From assembly GCA_013239625.1 (NCBI GenBank), contig MU056311.1, forward strand, positions 62,001-126,000: 64,000 bases of DNA, read 5' to 3'. Shown one piece after another: positions 24,071 through 37,809 of this stretch (within the stretch, counting starts at the first letter, position 1; each line of letters starts with the position of its first letter). The notes under the pieces were generated by a model that saw nothing but the letters and a program-made list of their open reading frames with translations, ran no database searches and was not told where the DNA came from. Both the position numbers and the translations under genes were made by a program. Source of the stretch: Lama guanicoe (taxonomy: Eukaryota).

Positions 24071-26269
24071 TCAACCATCCCTACCCACGGAGAGGGGAAG
24101 GAGGCTGGGACGGCGCAATCCCAGACAGAGCCCGGCCCCGGGCCCTCGGGCTCCCCGCGCCGCACCGCGCTCTGCTCGGCCTCCGGCGCAGCCGCGCGCA
24201 GGCGGGCGAAGGAGACTTGTTGGGCGCTCGGGTGGGGGACACCCACGCCACACACCCGGGAGAGGCAAGGCCACCGGGCAACTCTGCGATTTAGGGGCAT
24301 GCGGCGAGGGCAGGCGCTGGCCTCCATCTGCTGATCTCTCTTCTCGGCTGGCCAGAGAGAAGCCCCTGCGTAACTTGGAAAAGAAACGCGGGTGGAAAGG
24401 GAGCCACAAAAGGCTCTAATTCCAAAGGAGAAAAATAAACCTTCGTTTATTTTATTTTAAGATCATCTTTGGCAAGATGACCATTTCCAACAAGCTCCAA
24501 CGCTTTTCCATCTCCTGACTTAGGGTTACCTAAGCACAAACCTGGGTTCTGATTAAATTCACAATTAAGAGGAGTGTCTAGAATTGATAACGTGTGTGGT
24601 CTGTGATGCAGCACAGCACGTCGGTGCACCTTCAGGTGCAACCCTGTATAAAAGTGACCGGGCAGGGAAAGGACCTTAGCAGACAAGGAAGCCGCCTTCT
24701 GAACCTGCAAAGAGAGGAATGTAGACAGAGAGACGGCAGAGCTATGGGACCTCGGTGGCTGATGGAATGAACCGGTCTCACTCATCTCCTAGGAGAGAGG
24801 AGGTGCCCCTGCAGTCTCGGGGCACTGTAGGGAAGGTTCGTAGAAAAACCATAGAAAACCATAGGTGAACATGAGGACGTCTACCAAGGGACATCTGAAG
24901 GGTTCACCATTCTTGACCAAAACGGGTTAGCTCATCCCAATACAGGACTGGAGGAACCAGAGCAGGGAAACCCCACACCTTGTAGGGGAGGACGATATTG
25001 TGTCCAGATGCACTCGAGGACACCAGCAATACTAAACCTGTATCGCCCACATCGCTGGATGATTTTGAAGAGCCCGCGGCTGGTAATGGGTCATGTGCTT
25101 CACTCCACCTGCATCTCATCAGTCTTCAATAAGGTGACCGATTCACAAGGTTTCAGAGCCCTGCCTTGTTTCTTGTAGGTTCCCCTCGTCCCAGCTGCCT
25201 CTAGGCTATGCAAGAACGCGATGGTGAATCCAGGCAATGCAGGGCTACCATCTTGGAATCTAAGCACCAAAGCATGGTTGCCTCTGTCTCCTTACAGCCC
25301 ACCTGCAACAAACGAAACCTCCCTCAACATCCTGTCTCTCTCACAGATGAGCGTCTAAAGAGGAGGAGGCACATTTGCTTATCTGGAAGTTGAGGTCTAC
25401 ATCTAACTTGGGTTTTCCCCCTGCAGAGTCTTATTTTGCCCCAGTCATCCCTGGAGGGAGAAGAGAGGACAAGATGACTGTCCTTGGGGAACTCTCCGTG
25501 GAATCCAGATTCTCTTCTTCAGGCTGAACTCAGGATGTAGAGAGGAGGGTCACCCCTTCTGTGACTTTAAATCAGACCCCAGATAGTACCTCTAACTCAG
25601 CAAGTGAACCAAAAAAAAAAAAGCTTTAAAAAAAAAGACCCATTAAGTGCTCCAATAGCTCATTTTGAGCTCCTCATAAGGAAAAACAAAAAAAGTTGGT
25701 CTCTTTTGGGAACTAAAGATCTCATGCTATTCCTAATGACGTGTGTCACCAAGAAGGATTTCTGCCATTAAAAATCGTTTCCAAAATCTAACCATCCCAG
25801 CCTAGGACTCATGGAAGATTTTTACTTTATTAGCATCTCTGTCTGGATCAGCAAGGTTGAATGTCACCTGTGAAACTGAACACCCTCAGGCTTCACTGTG
25901 ACCACCTTCAGGCTGGAGGTTGAACGCCGCCTTCCTTGGGTAGTGCTTGAAGCCTTTAACGCCCCCTCCTTTCTCTTGGGTGCCGAACGTTTATGTGGTT
26001 TCTATGCTTTGAGAGAGAAGGATCCCCATAACCAGTAACTGCCCGGTTCTGCTATGAGTTACATGGGTGTTTCTTTGGCCAGATCATATATCAGTGTCAT
26101 AATGATTCATGCCCTATTTCAGATCAGGGGTATGAAGAGGCAGGGGATGGCTGTCATCTGAGATAGGCGGATTTTATAATATGGTGGTATTTGTGTGTTA
26201 ATATTACCATATATTTTTTTCTCCAGGATCTCAAGGCTGGTGCAGTTTGGGAGGCAATCGTGTGACACC

Positions 26270-26288
26270 GCTGCCACCTAGCGTCGGG
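26270..26288 (-). promoter_or_regulatory. Candidate CTCF site
   Basis: Minus strand reads CGACGCTAGGTGGCAGC, about one mismatch from CCRCTAGGTGGCAG. Confidence 0.5.
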
Positions 26289-27259
26289 CTTTTCTCCTTG
26301 GGCGTCTGCTGAGAAATCCATGGTCCCTCGGTCTTATCTCTTATCTAATCTGAGGTTCCCTCCTTGGGTTTTGAACGCCCCTCCGGAACACTCCTGCACC
26401 CATCTTGTAATCAGGCTGGAGACGAAGCCTATTATTAGGATCCTAGCGGCTTTTTCCCTCTTTGATGTCTAAATGACTGTGAAAGCCTTGATTGATATCA
26501 CAGTTCGAGTGCCAGTTATTTAGAGCAGTATTAACCAAATGGGATTAGAGTGAGGCACTGTAGGACATTCGCACCAGGCAGCTATGTGGCCGCGTTTCTG
26601 TGCTGGAGTGTGGTGCCAGGAACGTTGCGCTTGGGCGCTGTTTTTTGTTTTTTTTTTTTCCCCATCCCAGGCAGACTGCTGCCCATGGCCCCAGGATTCC
26701 AGCTCTAGAAATATTCCTGGCACCAGGAATGAGTGTTGAGCCCTGGAATCAACAGAGGCAAAGAGGGTCTGATGGCCTGGGAAGGGTCAAGACGCCCCTA
26801 GCATCACGTAACCACCCCACGAAGACGCAGTTGGAGCCATGACGACCATACCCGGCTGCAGAGTATTTAACTGAAGAGGGAGAGCGGCTCTATTTTAAGA
26901 GAAAGTGTCTGAGGAGGGGACAGAATATATGAACAGGGTACTTGAAATAAAATGAGACGTGAAAAACTTTGCACACTTGAGGATGTAAATTAGCTAGAAA
27001 AGCAGCGCATGTGTGCAAGTCTCCGGGAAGGCAGCGCGCTGCCCTGATTGCTGAGCGAGGCACTGCTGGGCTTATTTAATGTCAAACACTAGAAACTGAC
27101 ACTGATTAAGGCACTGGGGACATTCTTTTCTTCACTGAGGGGCAGAAATGGGACCATGTGATTTGTGTTTTCCTAAATGCAATGCCTGTCTTAGGAAAGG
27201 GCTGGGGCTGGAGGAGCGGTGGGGGGAAGGCACTCAAGGAATAGAAACAGACGTTAGAA

Positions 27260-27380
27260 TGGTCCTTTACAGTTTGCAAAAGCTTTTCATACATAATCTT
27301 ATTTATATTACGGTTGTCATTGTCGCCCCCCCACCAAGGATGAGGAAATGGCAGCCTTGAGAAATGAAATAATTTGTAGG
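27260..27380 (-). mobile_element. MIR fragment
   Basis: ctttacagtttgcaaaagcttttcatacataatcttattt...gatgaggaaatgg. Confidence 0.65.
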
Positions 27381-28203
27381 CGGTCACGTCTTCCTAAGGA
27401 CCAGATGGCAACTCACACCCAGGCCTCTTGCTGCATCAACATTAAAAACCCTCCCTGCTGCCCCTCCCCCCGCTGAGACGGCCCCCGGGACTCTGGGCTC
27501 TTCCACACACCCTCTCCGTCTCGGTCCCGGAGTCCTGACACGCCTGCAGTTGTTTTAGGAAGAGACAGAGCCAGGATGTGTAAGGCACTCGACAAAACAC
27601 TATCAGAACACACACGCTTTTCAGGCGTGACGGGAACCTTCTCGAGGACGGACCACTTGCATTAGAACAAGAAGAGTCCGTGACACTGCGCAAATACTTA
27701 TTCATGTAAGTTTTGATTTTGAAAACTATTCTCATTGACTGGCTTAAAATGAATGAGATGAACACTTTTCCCAAAGAAGTAACACCTCTAACTGCATACA
27801 CACACACACACGGGGTCTACTTCCCCTTTAGTTAATGACTTATTAACAGAAGACAGATGCATGGCATTAGGATGTAGGCAACTAAGAAGTGTCCAATAAA
27901 TGAGAGTCCAGGGGGAACCACGCTGTAAGTGACCCCCTGGGAAGGAGAGCTCTGCCTCGTCTCCTTTCACAAATGCACAGCTGACCCGAAGGGACGCAGC
28001 CCACCGGCTTCGCTGTGCAGCAGGATGGCGTGGACAGCTGGTGCGATGCAGACAGCTGACCCCAACCCCAGGGCTTCTGAGTCAGCGTGTCTGGAAGCGG
28101 CTCAAAAACATACATTTCACAAACAGCCCTGCCGCGCGGCACAGGGAGCTGCACTCAATGCCTTGCAAGAGCCCGTAATGGACAGGAGTCTGGAAAGGAC
28201 CCT

Positions 28204-28332
28204 GTGTGTGTGTGTGTGTGTGTGTGTAAATGTACAGATGTACACCCCAATCACTATGCTGTACACCAGAAATTTAGAAATTAACACAGCATTGTAAATA
28301 AATTATACATCAATAAAAATTAAAAAAAAAAG
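28204..28332 (+). mobile_element. (TG)n plus 5'-truncated L1 3' tail with poly(A)
   Basis: tcactatgctgtacaccagaaat...aacacagcattgtaaataaattatacatcaataaaaattaaaaaaaaa, an artiodactyl-type L1 end. Confidence 0.8.
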
Positions 28333-31300
28333 AATCAACATTTCGACAAAGTTTCTATACCACGGAGATGCACGCCAGGACCAGTTTTTGAGAACTCCTG
28401 GTAGGGGGTTGACTTTGGGTCCAAAGGGCTGGCTTTGAATCCCATGTCTACCACTCTCTGAACCAGGGAAATTAAAATAAAACCTAATTTACATATCCGT
28501 TCGCTCCTCTGAAAATATGGAAAATGAAATTTCCTCAGAGACCTGTTGGAAGAACCAACAACGTGGGCACCGTGGCTGATGTAGAATAGATTCTCAAAAA
28601 AGGGAGTTTCCGTCTCCCACCAGCCGGGCTCGGAAGGAGGGGAGAAGACACCCAGATGGAGAGAGGCTTTCCCATCTGTTCTGCTCCGCATTTCAGGAGG
28701 GGCAAACTGGATTGAGGGAGGGGAAAAGCAGCATTCAGTCAACCTCTTCCAGACCGTCTCAAGGTGAGTTCGGCCGGAATCCATGGGGGGAGCCGCAGGT
28801 CTCATTGACTGTGACTTGTAAGATGGGCTTGGCTTGAAAGGCCGCCTCACACCTGGCACTTCCCCAAGGCTTGGCGAACACCAGCAGACTGAAGAGCTCG
28901 GTCTGGACCAGATGAAGGGACACCCCGAACGGCCGTCAGCCGCGCTTCCCGCTGGCGCTCAAGCAAACCCAGGGCTCAGGTACTTATGATCACCATCCGC
29001 TTGGGCCAAACGGAGCCCGTGAGGTCAGTGAGGAGAGACCCAGTTGTTCTTCCAGTGCTAAATCCTACCGTGAAAACACAGTAAATGCTCATCTAGCTTT
29101 GGTGACCTCCAGAAGGTGAGGTCGGTGGCTTTTTCCCAGGACATCTGCTGATCACCATTCTCCAGCAGGACTAAATTTCAGTAGGGCTAACTCAGCTCAA
29201 AAGTGTGGCAAGCTTGATGCTCTTGGAAAAGCCACTTCACTTCTGCGACTCAGTTCCCTTATCTGTAGAACACCGAGGTCCGGCTCACATCCGGGCGATG
29301 TCGCACGTTCTCTGGTTCTTTCCACTCGCACGCCCTCTCTCACGAGCTCACGGTGCTGCTGCCCTGCAGCTCACGACAACGATGGCCTGGGCTTCTGTGC
29401 CTCTGTTCAGTGGGCCGTTTATGGGGAGGGCATCCCAGAACTATAATCTGTATAAAGATGATGGTCACCAGAATGGTCTGCAAAGACGCATCACAATGAC
29501 CAAATCGCCTGCCACCCCTGCCCACCCCACACACGCGGACACACACCATCCCTGCAGCAGCTTCAGACACAAACCACTGCATTTATCTTCTTCTGTAGCC
29601 TGGAACTATTCTGATATTTGATATTTTCTTCCTAAAAAGTCACTGAACTGCACAGTGATCACAAAGCTGAACATAACCCTTTAGCCCACAGATGTCTTAG
29701 ATTCGGAGAGCAAGAGAAGGGGGTGACATCACTCACTGAATTGTACAAGCTCCATCTTACTGGGCACCCTGTTCCCACTTGATGAATTCCATACGCTGAG
29801 AAAACACACAACTGTTTTCCTGGGCTCAGTTTTAAACCGCATGGAGAGCAGCCCTCAGCCCACCTGAGACGGGCGTGCTGGCACCGGGGCTCGTCATTCA
29901 TCCGCCGGGACTCAGCGGCCCAGCGGGCAGGGTGTAGGTTTGCCACCCGCTCTCCACTCAGCCGGAAGCAGAGTCGGCCCCAGCATGAGCATCACGGGCG
30001 TCGGAACAGAGACGAAACGTGCGGCGTGGTCTTCTTCCTCTCCCGTCTCCCTTCGAAGAAGTCGTGAACGGGACAGTTCAGCGGAGGGGCTGCAGGACGG
30101 CAGGTGGAGGATCTGCGGCTGGGGAGACACAAAGGGCTGTGTGCTTCTCAGGCAGGAGAGAAAGGCTGCTCAGAAGTCTTTCCATCTTGCTTTCTCCACC
30201 TGCCGTCAAGTTCCTTCCTCCCTTCCCTGCCTGTTTCTCTTCTGACTGACCTTAAAGGTAGGCAGACTAGAGCATCACCTTGCCATAGGCCAACTCCCCA
30301 CATCTCTTCGGACGTCAGTATGCCTGAAATGTCATGAACAGACTCTTGTCCTTTGAGTCATGGAGGTTTTTTGAGGTTCCAGACACCCTATGAGTTGAAG
30401 ATATTCATAGAAGTTCTGAGTTGTGAACTGGCAACGCCTATAATCTAACTAGACCTTTTGTTGAGAAAGGAAGATCCCACGGGGGACAGGACGTTGGGCA
30501 AGTGTGAGCGTCCAAAGGCAAAGAAACACGCCCAAGAGGGCACCCCCAGGTCAAGGACGGATTAGACGGCCCTAGGTGCTTACCTCAGAGGCCCTGTTTC
30601 TTCCATCCAGCCATCTGTCAGTCTGCTCTGGACACATACGTTTCTGTGTATGGAGAAATTCACCCAAATGCACGAACTGCCCTGCCCTGGAAAGAGCATC
30701 ACTTTTTTTGTAAACTCGTAAGATCACTGTGAGGTGCAACTGAGACCGTAGATGGAATACACTAAATTGGAATTTGAAAACAAAGGCAAGGTTATCTCCC
30801 TTTCTCCCCTTCTTTTCAGCCTTGCCTCTGAGTTTAAATGTAGTTTGATGATCTTTTCCTTGAAGGATTGTCCTTTCTTTCTTATTGATTGAAATAAGAT
30901 CCTCAAAAGTATTTCCTGAAACTGGATATACACAAAAGCTTTCCTATTGGAAAAGCTTCTTTATGAAGCAATAGTTACCACCCTTGGAATTACTGCAAAA
31001 GAGTCAAATCCTGGGTTATCCTTTGAACTTTGGAGCAATGCTGAGGTCAGACCCAAAACGGGGGGAGGGGGGGCGGTCGCTGACACCATCAACAGCAGTA
31101 GCAGTAACGTAACCTGCGTGGAGCCTCTGACACGCGTGGGACCCCGCGGTCAGGGCCCTGCACTCGGCACCATGATACAAAGCGAGGAGGCAGACCTCCT
31201 TTCTCCAGAGTCAGAAGAGAAGATGCCCTACTGACATACCTATTATGTGTCGAGCACGTGATTACACAGAAACTTAGCTTCTGAAAGATAATTATCACGC

Positions 31301-33944
31301 CCTGGTCACATCAATAATTAGGAGACAGGATGAGACTCAGTTATAAGGTCCAGACTTTTTTCGTGGCATCTGCTGTGTCTGGGGCCACCATGGGCGATTC
31401 CCTGATATGCCAAGGTCTTGGGTGACCCCTAAGGAGAGAGGAGAACCAGTCGGGCTTAAAAGGTGGGGAGCATGGAAGGCGAGGACAAAAAATACACGAA
31501 TAGGTTTGGAGGAAAGAGTTCTCAAATTTGTATTTTGTTACAAGACTTTTTAAAAACCCTTCTTGAGCCTGAACCCAGGTTGGCTGATCCTAACCTGAGT
31601 TTGTGTTTACTGAACGTGGACCGCTGGGCTGTGGGGAGGTCACCCAGGTGGTCTGGGCCAGAGGGGGAGGTGCCAAAGTGCGGTATGTGACGTGGTAAGT
31701 GGTGTGGGGATCAGAGCGGCCTGCCTGTCGCATCGCTGCCACCACCCCTCCCGGGGTGCCCCAGGGACCGGCCTTAGCAGACCCCAGATCTCTTCAGTCA
31801 TGCCCTCAGCGCACAGCTCCCCGTTACAGAGTTTACACCCTGTGCACTCAGTGGAAGGTGACCACTGAGGGCGGTGGCTTCCTCTCGCCGAAAGACTTCC
31901 CTGTTCCAGCCCTAGGCTGTCTCCTTCGTAAGTGGGACTGATCACGCCTCGTCTGTCCTGGTGGTAGACGGTCCTATGTGCTGGGTGCCTGTGTTTTCCA
32001 TCTCTGAATCGATGCTCTTACAGTGGAAGACCTGCTTTTCTTTAAGCAGACGATGCTTTCAGTTAAATCATGACACAGAGCATGTTATCTAGAAGTCTCA
32101 GGAGCAGCGGAGCTGGGGAACTTTGCAGAGGTTAGCGCTCTGGTGAGAGACTCGCCTGCCTGTGTGATCCCGAGGTTCCGGGAGGCTGGGGGCGGTGGGG
32201 TGGTGACGTCTGCGGGCGGGCAGCGTTACCGCCCATCCTCTTCCGCACAAGGTTGTCAGTTCAGATCCCAAAGAAAACGCCGAGTGAGATGGAATTTCGG
32301 AGAGAGGAAAATGGTAAAACGATGGGTCTTCCCGGCCAGGACCGCCGTGTGGCAGAAACGAGATCACCGCTGCCCCGCCCCTCTCCGGGGAGCGGCCCCC
32401 AGAGCACGGTTAGGCCCGAGCTTTCGCCTGCAGAGAGGCTGAGCGACGCCTCCTGTACTTTGGGGCACTTGTGCTGCGTCTTTGAATGAAGGCCAGGAGG
32501 TCCAGGCCCCTGGGTCTGTGTCACCCGGCTCAGGCTGGGCCGAGGGTCTATGCTTCTGGGACTGCTTTAACATGCTGCCCAGGGGAATAAAGAGCAGCCC
32601 TCCCCTGAGGGCACAGGTCCTTAAGTGACCTTCCCGAGTCGTTGGTCTCGACACTTCGGTCAGTACAGGGCACTGGAAGCATTTTCTGAGCTCACGAGGA
32701 TGATCAAGCTTCCAGAACTAACGAGCGCTAACCTGGAGGCAGCGCTGAACCCACACTCGAGGACACACAGCTCCTTTAGGAAACGGAGGCCCCCCTGGCA
32801 TCGGAAAGGGACTCTGCGAAAAGCAGGCCAGCTGCGCACGGCACGCACTTGGACTCCTCGGAGCCGGCCCGCACGGGGGGTCCATCGGCACTGCGGCATC
32901 ATCGGGGGTGCGTTTTTGCCCAAATCCAGGCTGCTGTGGAGGGTGCAGCACTGGGCACCAGACAGTACTGGGAAGCACTAGTCTCATTTCTCCTTAAACT
33001 GATCCTGCCTTGACCGCAGTTGGCAAGCCGCGCACAGCAGCAGGCGGACCCTCAGCGCGTGCAGGTCCAGAGGCAGCGGTCAGAGGGCTCTCAAAGTCAT
33101 GGCTGTTCCTGCCTTTGTGAAGCAGCACCTCCACCCGACTGTCCACACGCGGGCGTGGAAGCCGGGACTTGTCCTCACGCCAAGGGCAGTGAGAAAAAAA
33201 TTCCACATGCTTTTGAAGGATTTTTTTTTTAAGTCAAGCTACACTATAGTCAGGAAAACTGATCAAAGCAAATTGCCACCGGCGTCACGTCTAAGGGAGA
33301 TGGCTGGGCAGATGCACACGGTTTCACTGCACTGATGGACGCCCCCTTCCTCCCGATTCTTTCTGAAGTTGAGAGAAAGGAGCTCGATGTTGGCTCCTCT
33401 CAGGAGCTTGGCTAAAGAGTGGGACTTACGTGTAGGCAGAAGTCGGTTGTGGGCACCACAACTGATGCCAGCAGGACCCAGGTCCCCAGGGTCACGGCCC
33501 TGACGGACAAGCCTCAAGCAGACAGCATACGTAGAAACCTCTCTTCTAGGCAGAAGTCACCCTCAGTTTATACAGGGCTTCCAGTCAGGGACAGTGCCAC
33601 TAATTTGCTCCGAAGTTCAGGAGTCTGACTAGCCATGTCACTACCTCGTACTAGCCACCAGGGCCTAATTCTTACGCAGTAGATTCAGGAAGGAAACACA
33701 AGTGGGTGGACACACAGACACACACCCCTACTCACTTCCTCAGGCTCTGAGTTACAAGCACCCAGGCTGCATCTGTGAGGAAAACGCTCTTCAGAGAATT
33801 GTATTTTAGAAGTTCAGCTGAGGGAGAGAGGTGAGGGCCAGGCTAACGGAATATTCCAGCAGCTGGGGCATCTACCTCCTGTCTGAGTAGACACTTTGGA
33901 GGGCGGAGCTGGGGTCCAGGAAAGGCGGGGCAGGAAGGAGATGA

Positions 33945-34170
33945 ACATGGAGTGTGGGGTCCTGGGTCCAAGCCGCCAGCCCCCACGGGCCAGCTGTGAG
34001 GACCTGGGAGTCATTTAACTCACTCAGCCTGAGTTCCTTTAGCTTGGGAATAGCTCTGTCAGTAACACCAGTCAGGCCACCACCCACGTCATTCTGAGAG
34101 TGTAAAATGCAGCATGTGGAAAACACTGCTGACGTGGAAAAAGTATGCATAAGTATTTGTTATTATTATT
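33945..34170 (+). mobile_element. MIR SINE
   Basis: agctgtgaggacctgggagtcatttaactcactcagcctgagttcc...ending tatttgttattattatt. Confidence 0.75.
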
Positions 34171-35518
34171 GATTTGGTTGAATTTTATGAACAAAGATTT
34201 GGAAATTGTTCCCGTTCATTTGTCACTGGAAACGCTGAGGTGTGAATTAATGTGACTGCTGTGGCCACGAATGTGGCTGCCAAGGAGATCGCAGATTTAA
34301 ACTATAAACACTGTGAGAGGCTATAAATTGTCCCTATCTTGCATAAGAGAAACCCAGTCAGAAGGGACCCCTAGATATCGAATCGCACAACCGCCTCCTG
34401 CAGGTGAGGAAATCACAGAGAGGCACAGTCTTAAATTACTCAGGTGAGCTCTCACTACATGAGCATCTCGCCCACACCGCGTGTAGCGGCGCTAGCGCGC
34501 GTGCTCCCTGCTCCGGAAGTCTGCGTTTGTGCACGTGACCGCGCTCCGCCCTCACAGTAGCCTTGGTTATGGGTGTGACCACTTCCACAGAAGGAAACAA
34601 GGTTTGGAGGGCAGCACTGACGTGTGCAAAGTCACAGTTTGCATCAGTCTGTTGGTCGCCAGACTGGGATCCTTCTGAAAGGCTGACTTGAAATTTTGCA
34701 TATTTCAAATGATTACAGTGGATCTGCAAAACCTCTAACTGAAAGAAAGACTCTGATAAACACGTAGTATCTCCTTTCAGAACATTTAAAATCCTAGGCA
34801 TTTAAGATCCCTCAGACGAGCAAGCAAACTATGGATTTTAAATTTTATAGAGAAGAGGGCATTAACCCGGGACCACGCAGTGTCTTCAGGTGACTGATCA
34901 TTCAAAGAGCATGTAAGTTTTTCTGTGTGTATGTGAGTTATTTTTATGAAGAGACAGTCCACTGCCCCCGAAATACTTGACCTTGATATAAAGGATTCCT
35001 TAGTTTAGAAATAAACTGGTAATGAAGTATATCTCAGCATCCTAAAAAATGTTCAACTCATGTTGAAAAAGAATGGAGCCACCAGAACTTCCGTGCACGC
35101 CTCACGCTCTGTTAGTGAGGGAGCATCAGAGAGAATTACGGCTTCTCTCCTGCAGCCTCAAGGGGTGTTGATTCAAACCGTCTCACCTGCCAGGAAAAGA
35201 ATTTCCTTTATCACAGTTCTGGAGCTTGGTACAGTCTAGCTTTAAGCGTCAAAGTGACAGAGCTTCCATCACTTTTATTAGGAAGTGGTTCTCCCACCTG
35301 GAATATCACGCGGTCAAAGCACCGACCTGGCAGTCTGAGATTTGCTGTCCTGTTTATCCAGGGGCGTGGAGAAAGCCTGGGTTAACCGTCACATGCCCCA
35401 TGTTCAGCCTTCTGTAGTTGATCTATGTTGGGTGTCTGCACCACTGGGGAGAGGGTGAGTGTGTGCGTGTGTGTGTGTTGGGGGGGACCCCGTGGCTGGT
35501 ACAAAGAAATAATACCCC

Positions 35519-35850
35519 TGTCAGTCGGCTCAGCCTGTGACAACAGAGATGCCATAAACTGAGTGGCTTAAAAACAACAGACACTTGTTTCTCCTAGTTC
35601 TAGAAGCTGGGAGTCCAAGATCAAGGGGCCGGCAGGTTGGAGGTCCGGCGGGCACCCGCTTCCTGGTACACAGCGGGCCATCTGCTAGCTGCGTCCTCTG
35701 ATGGGCGGGGGGAGGGCAGCCCTCTGATGAGGGCGCCATCCTCACGACAGTCACCTCCCGGAGACCACACCTCCCCACACCCTCCCGCTGAGGGATGGGC
35801 TTCAATGTCCGCATGAACTTCGCGGTGGGCGCAAACACTGAGTCTACACA
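35519..35850 (-). mobile_element. MLT1A-like MaLR LTR
   Basis: ccataaactgagtggcttaaaaacaacagacacttgtttctcctagttctagaagctgggagtccaagatcaagg...caaacactgagtctacaca. Confidence 0.85.
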
Positions 35851-37312
35851 AACCACCACAAAAACATGCTGCTTAGGGGAGAACGAGAGGCCCAACGTGG
35901 GGAAAAAAACAAAAACAAACAAGCACCACCAAGAGCAGCACCTTTGATCTCAAAGCCCACTCACAACATACGTACAAAAACATCGCATCATTTCGCTCTT
36001 TCCATGCGATCTTCCCCACTCCTGCGATGCTCACCAGGCTCTGATGTGCACCCCAAGCGCACCGGGTCCCAGGTGTTCCTGGGTGACCCCTCCTACTGCT
36101 CTGCTCCCTCCATGAGACACAGCCCGCTGCTGACTTGCATTGACAACCTGTACCCCTGAACGTGGGCTCACCCCAGCCCTGGAACATGGAGCAGCCCCCC
36201 TAAAAGGCGCCTCCCCAGAACTGGGGACCTCGGGAAAAGCACTGCCTGTGGACCTTCCGTCCCTCCGCCAGCCCTGCCTCCCGCCCACTCCTGTAATTTC
36301 TAGCCTGTTTACTCCAGCCTACAAAAGAACAGCCCGTCTCCACCTGAGCTTGGAGACCCTTGCAAGGCGTGAGAGATTTCCCAGCTGCAACTGCCTCTTC
36401 CAGAAAGTCTCTCTTGCCCTAAGCCTGGCTGCATTTTTATTTGACAGGATTCACCTGGGGTTGGATCCGAGCTCACGACGCTGTGGTGCTGGGTCCCCGC
36501 TGAGAAGGACACTGGACAGTCTCCCTTTGGAGCACCGCTGCTCCTCCACCAGCTTTACTTTATTTTTGGAAACGGGAGGTTCTATCACCTGTCTGCTGCA
36601 GGGCACCACTCACATCACTGCATGACTTTGAGACTGGCTCATTTTCAGATTCTTTCTTCTCTGTTCTTAGAAAGATGGGCTGGGCTCTCTACACTTGCAG
36701 AAATTGATGTTCGCTTCTTGACTTTTCTACCTTTTGCCCAAATATGAAGTATTTTGCCAAATTTTCTCCAACAAGCTGCTCATTCACAGACAACTTATGA
36801 GAGTTTTCAATTAAATTACAAGTCATACAGCTTCTTGACTGCTCCCTAAGCAATTTTTTCCTAAACTTTCTGCAAATGTTTACATGATTTTTTAAAGCCA
36901 TGAAACTATATTCAGACAAAATAATTTAACCAAGGTGTCTAATTTAAAAATGCTCTATGGCTTGATCTTAAAAACATTTGTAATTGAAATTTGCACTGAG
37001 ATCATTTTAGATTCACACCAGCTCTAAGAAAGGATTGAATCTTACTGCACTTTGCTCAGTTCCCCTCAATGGTGAAAATCTGCAAACTGCAGCATCACGT
37101 CACAGCCAGGATGCTGACTTTCCTACGGCCACCACCCTTGTTCGCATCCGCCTTGACTTCCCTGTGCTCGGGTGTGCGTGTGTTCATTAACTCTGTAAAG
37201 ACATACCAGGCACTCACCAGCACAGACAAGGTGCTGAATGGCTGCAGCACAAAGATCCCACGTGTCCGCCTCCACAGCCACGCTCACTCTGGTTTTAACA
37301 CGCACCTGAGAT

Positions 37313-37803
37313 CTGTTTCCATCAGGCACGGTAAGTCAGGAAGCGACTGTCATGAGGGACGACCTTTCACACCCACAGATCCCTGGACAAGGGCGGCCCA
37401 GGAAGGGCCGCGTGGAGAAGCACCAGGTCAGCCAGGAGGCAAAGAGAGGGAGGAAAATATGGACAAAGACTTTCACGGCAGCAAGGGACGGGGGAGGCAG
37501 GGCTTAGCGTGAGTGACTCCAGGAGCTGTGCGTGGAAGAGCGGTCCCTAGCCTTGTGGAACCCGGCCCTGGGGCGATGAGGGCGTGCGGTTAGTGGCTCA
37601 GAGTGTGAGAGCCGATACAGGAGGTGGTTGAGTGATAGACTCTGGATTGGCTGTTCTCTGTATGAAGGGCGTGTTCAGCAAGAGCTCTGCACACTCTAGG
37701 AACTAGCCGGCCCCTCAGGGGCAATCTCTCCAGGGCCAGGAAGGCCCCCAGATGTCAAAACATCACCGAAAGAAAGGAAACTGAACAACGCACAGTTAAT
37801 ACA
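37313..37803 (-). mobile_element. MER74-like ERVL solo LTR
   Basis: Reverse complement begins tgtattaac...ttttgacatctgggggccttcctggccctggaga...ttcctagag...ccaatccagag...aaccacctcct...ggctctcacactc, as in the recalled MER74A consensus. Confidence 0.8.
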
Positions 37804-37809
37804 CCTCCC

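Larger units (their letters stand above)
20550..24310. promoter_or_regulatory. CpG island / TATA-less CSMD1 promoter extending ~2.9 kb into intron 1
   Basis: Very high GC and CpG density in two lobes (~20.55-22.0 kb and ~22.7-24.3 kb), many GC boxes, surrounding the first exon. Confidence 0.9.

Noticed and set aside
20561-24409. Many long overlapping ORFs (up to 361 aa) on both strands
   Set aside because: Stop-codon scarcity in a CpG island; low-complexity P/R/G/A content with HT/VC microsatellite translations. Only the 85-bp CSMD1 segment is recognisable.
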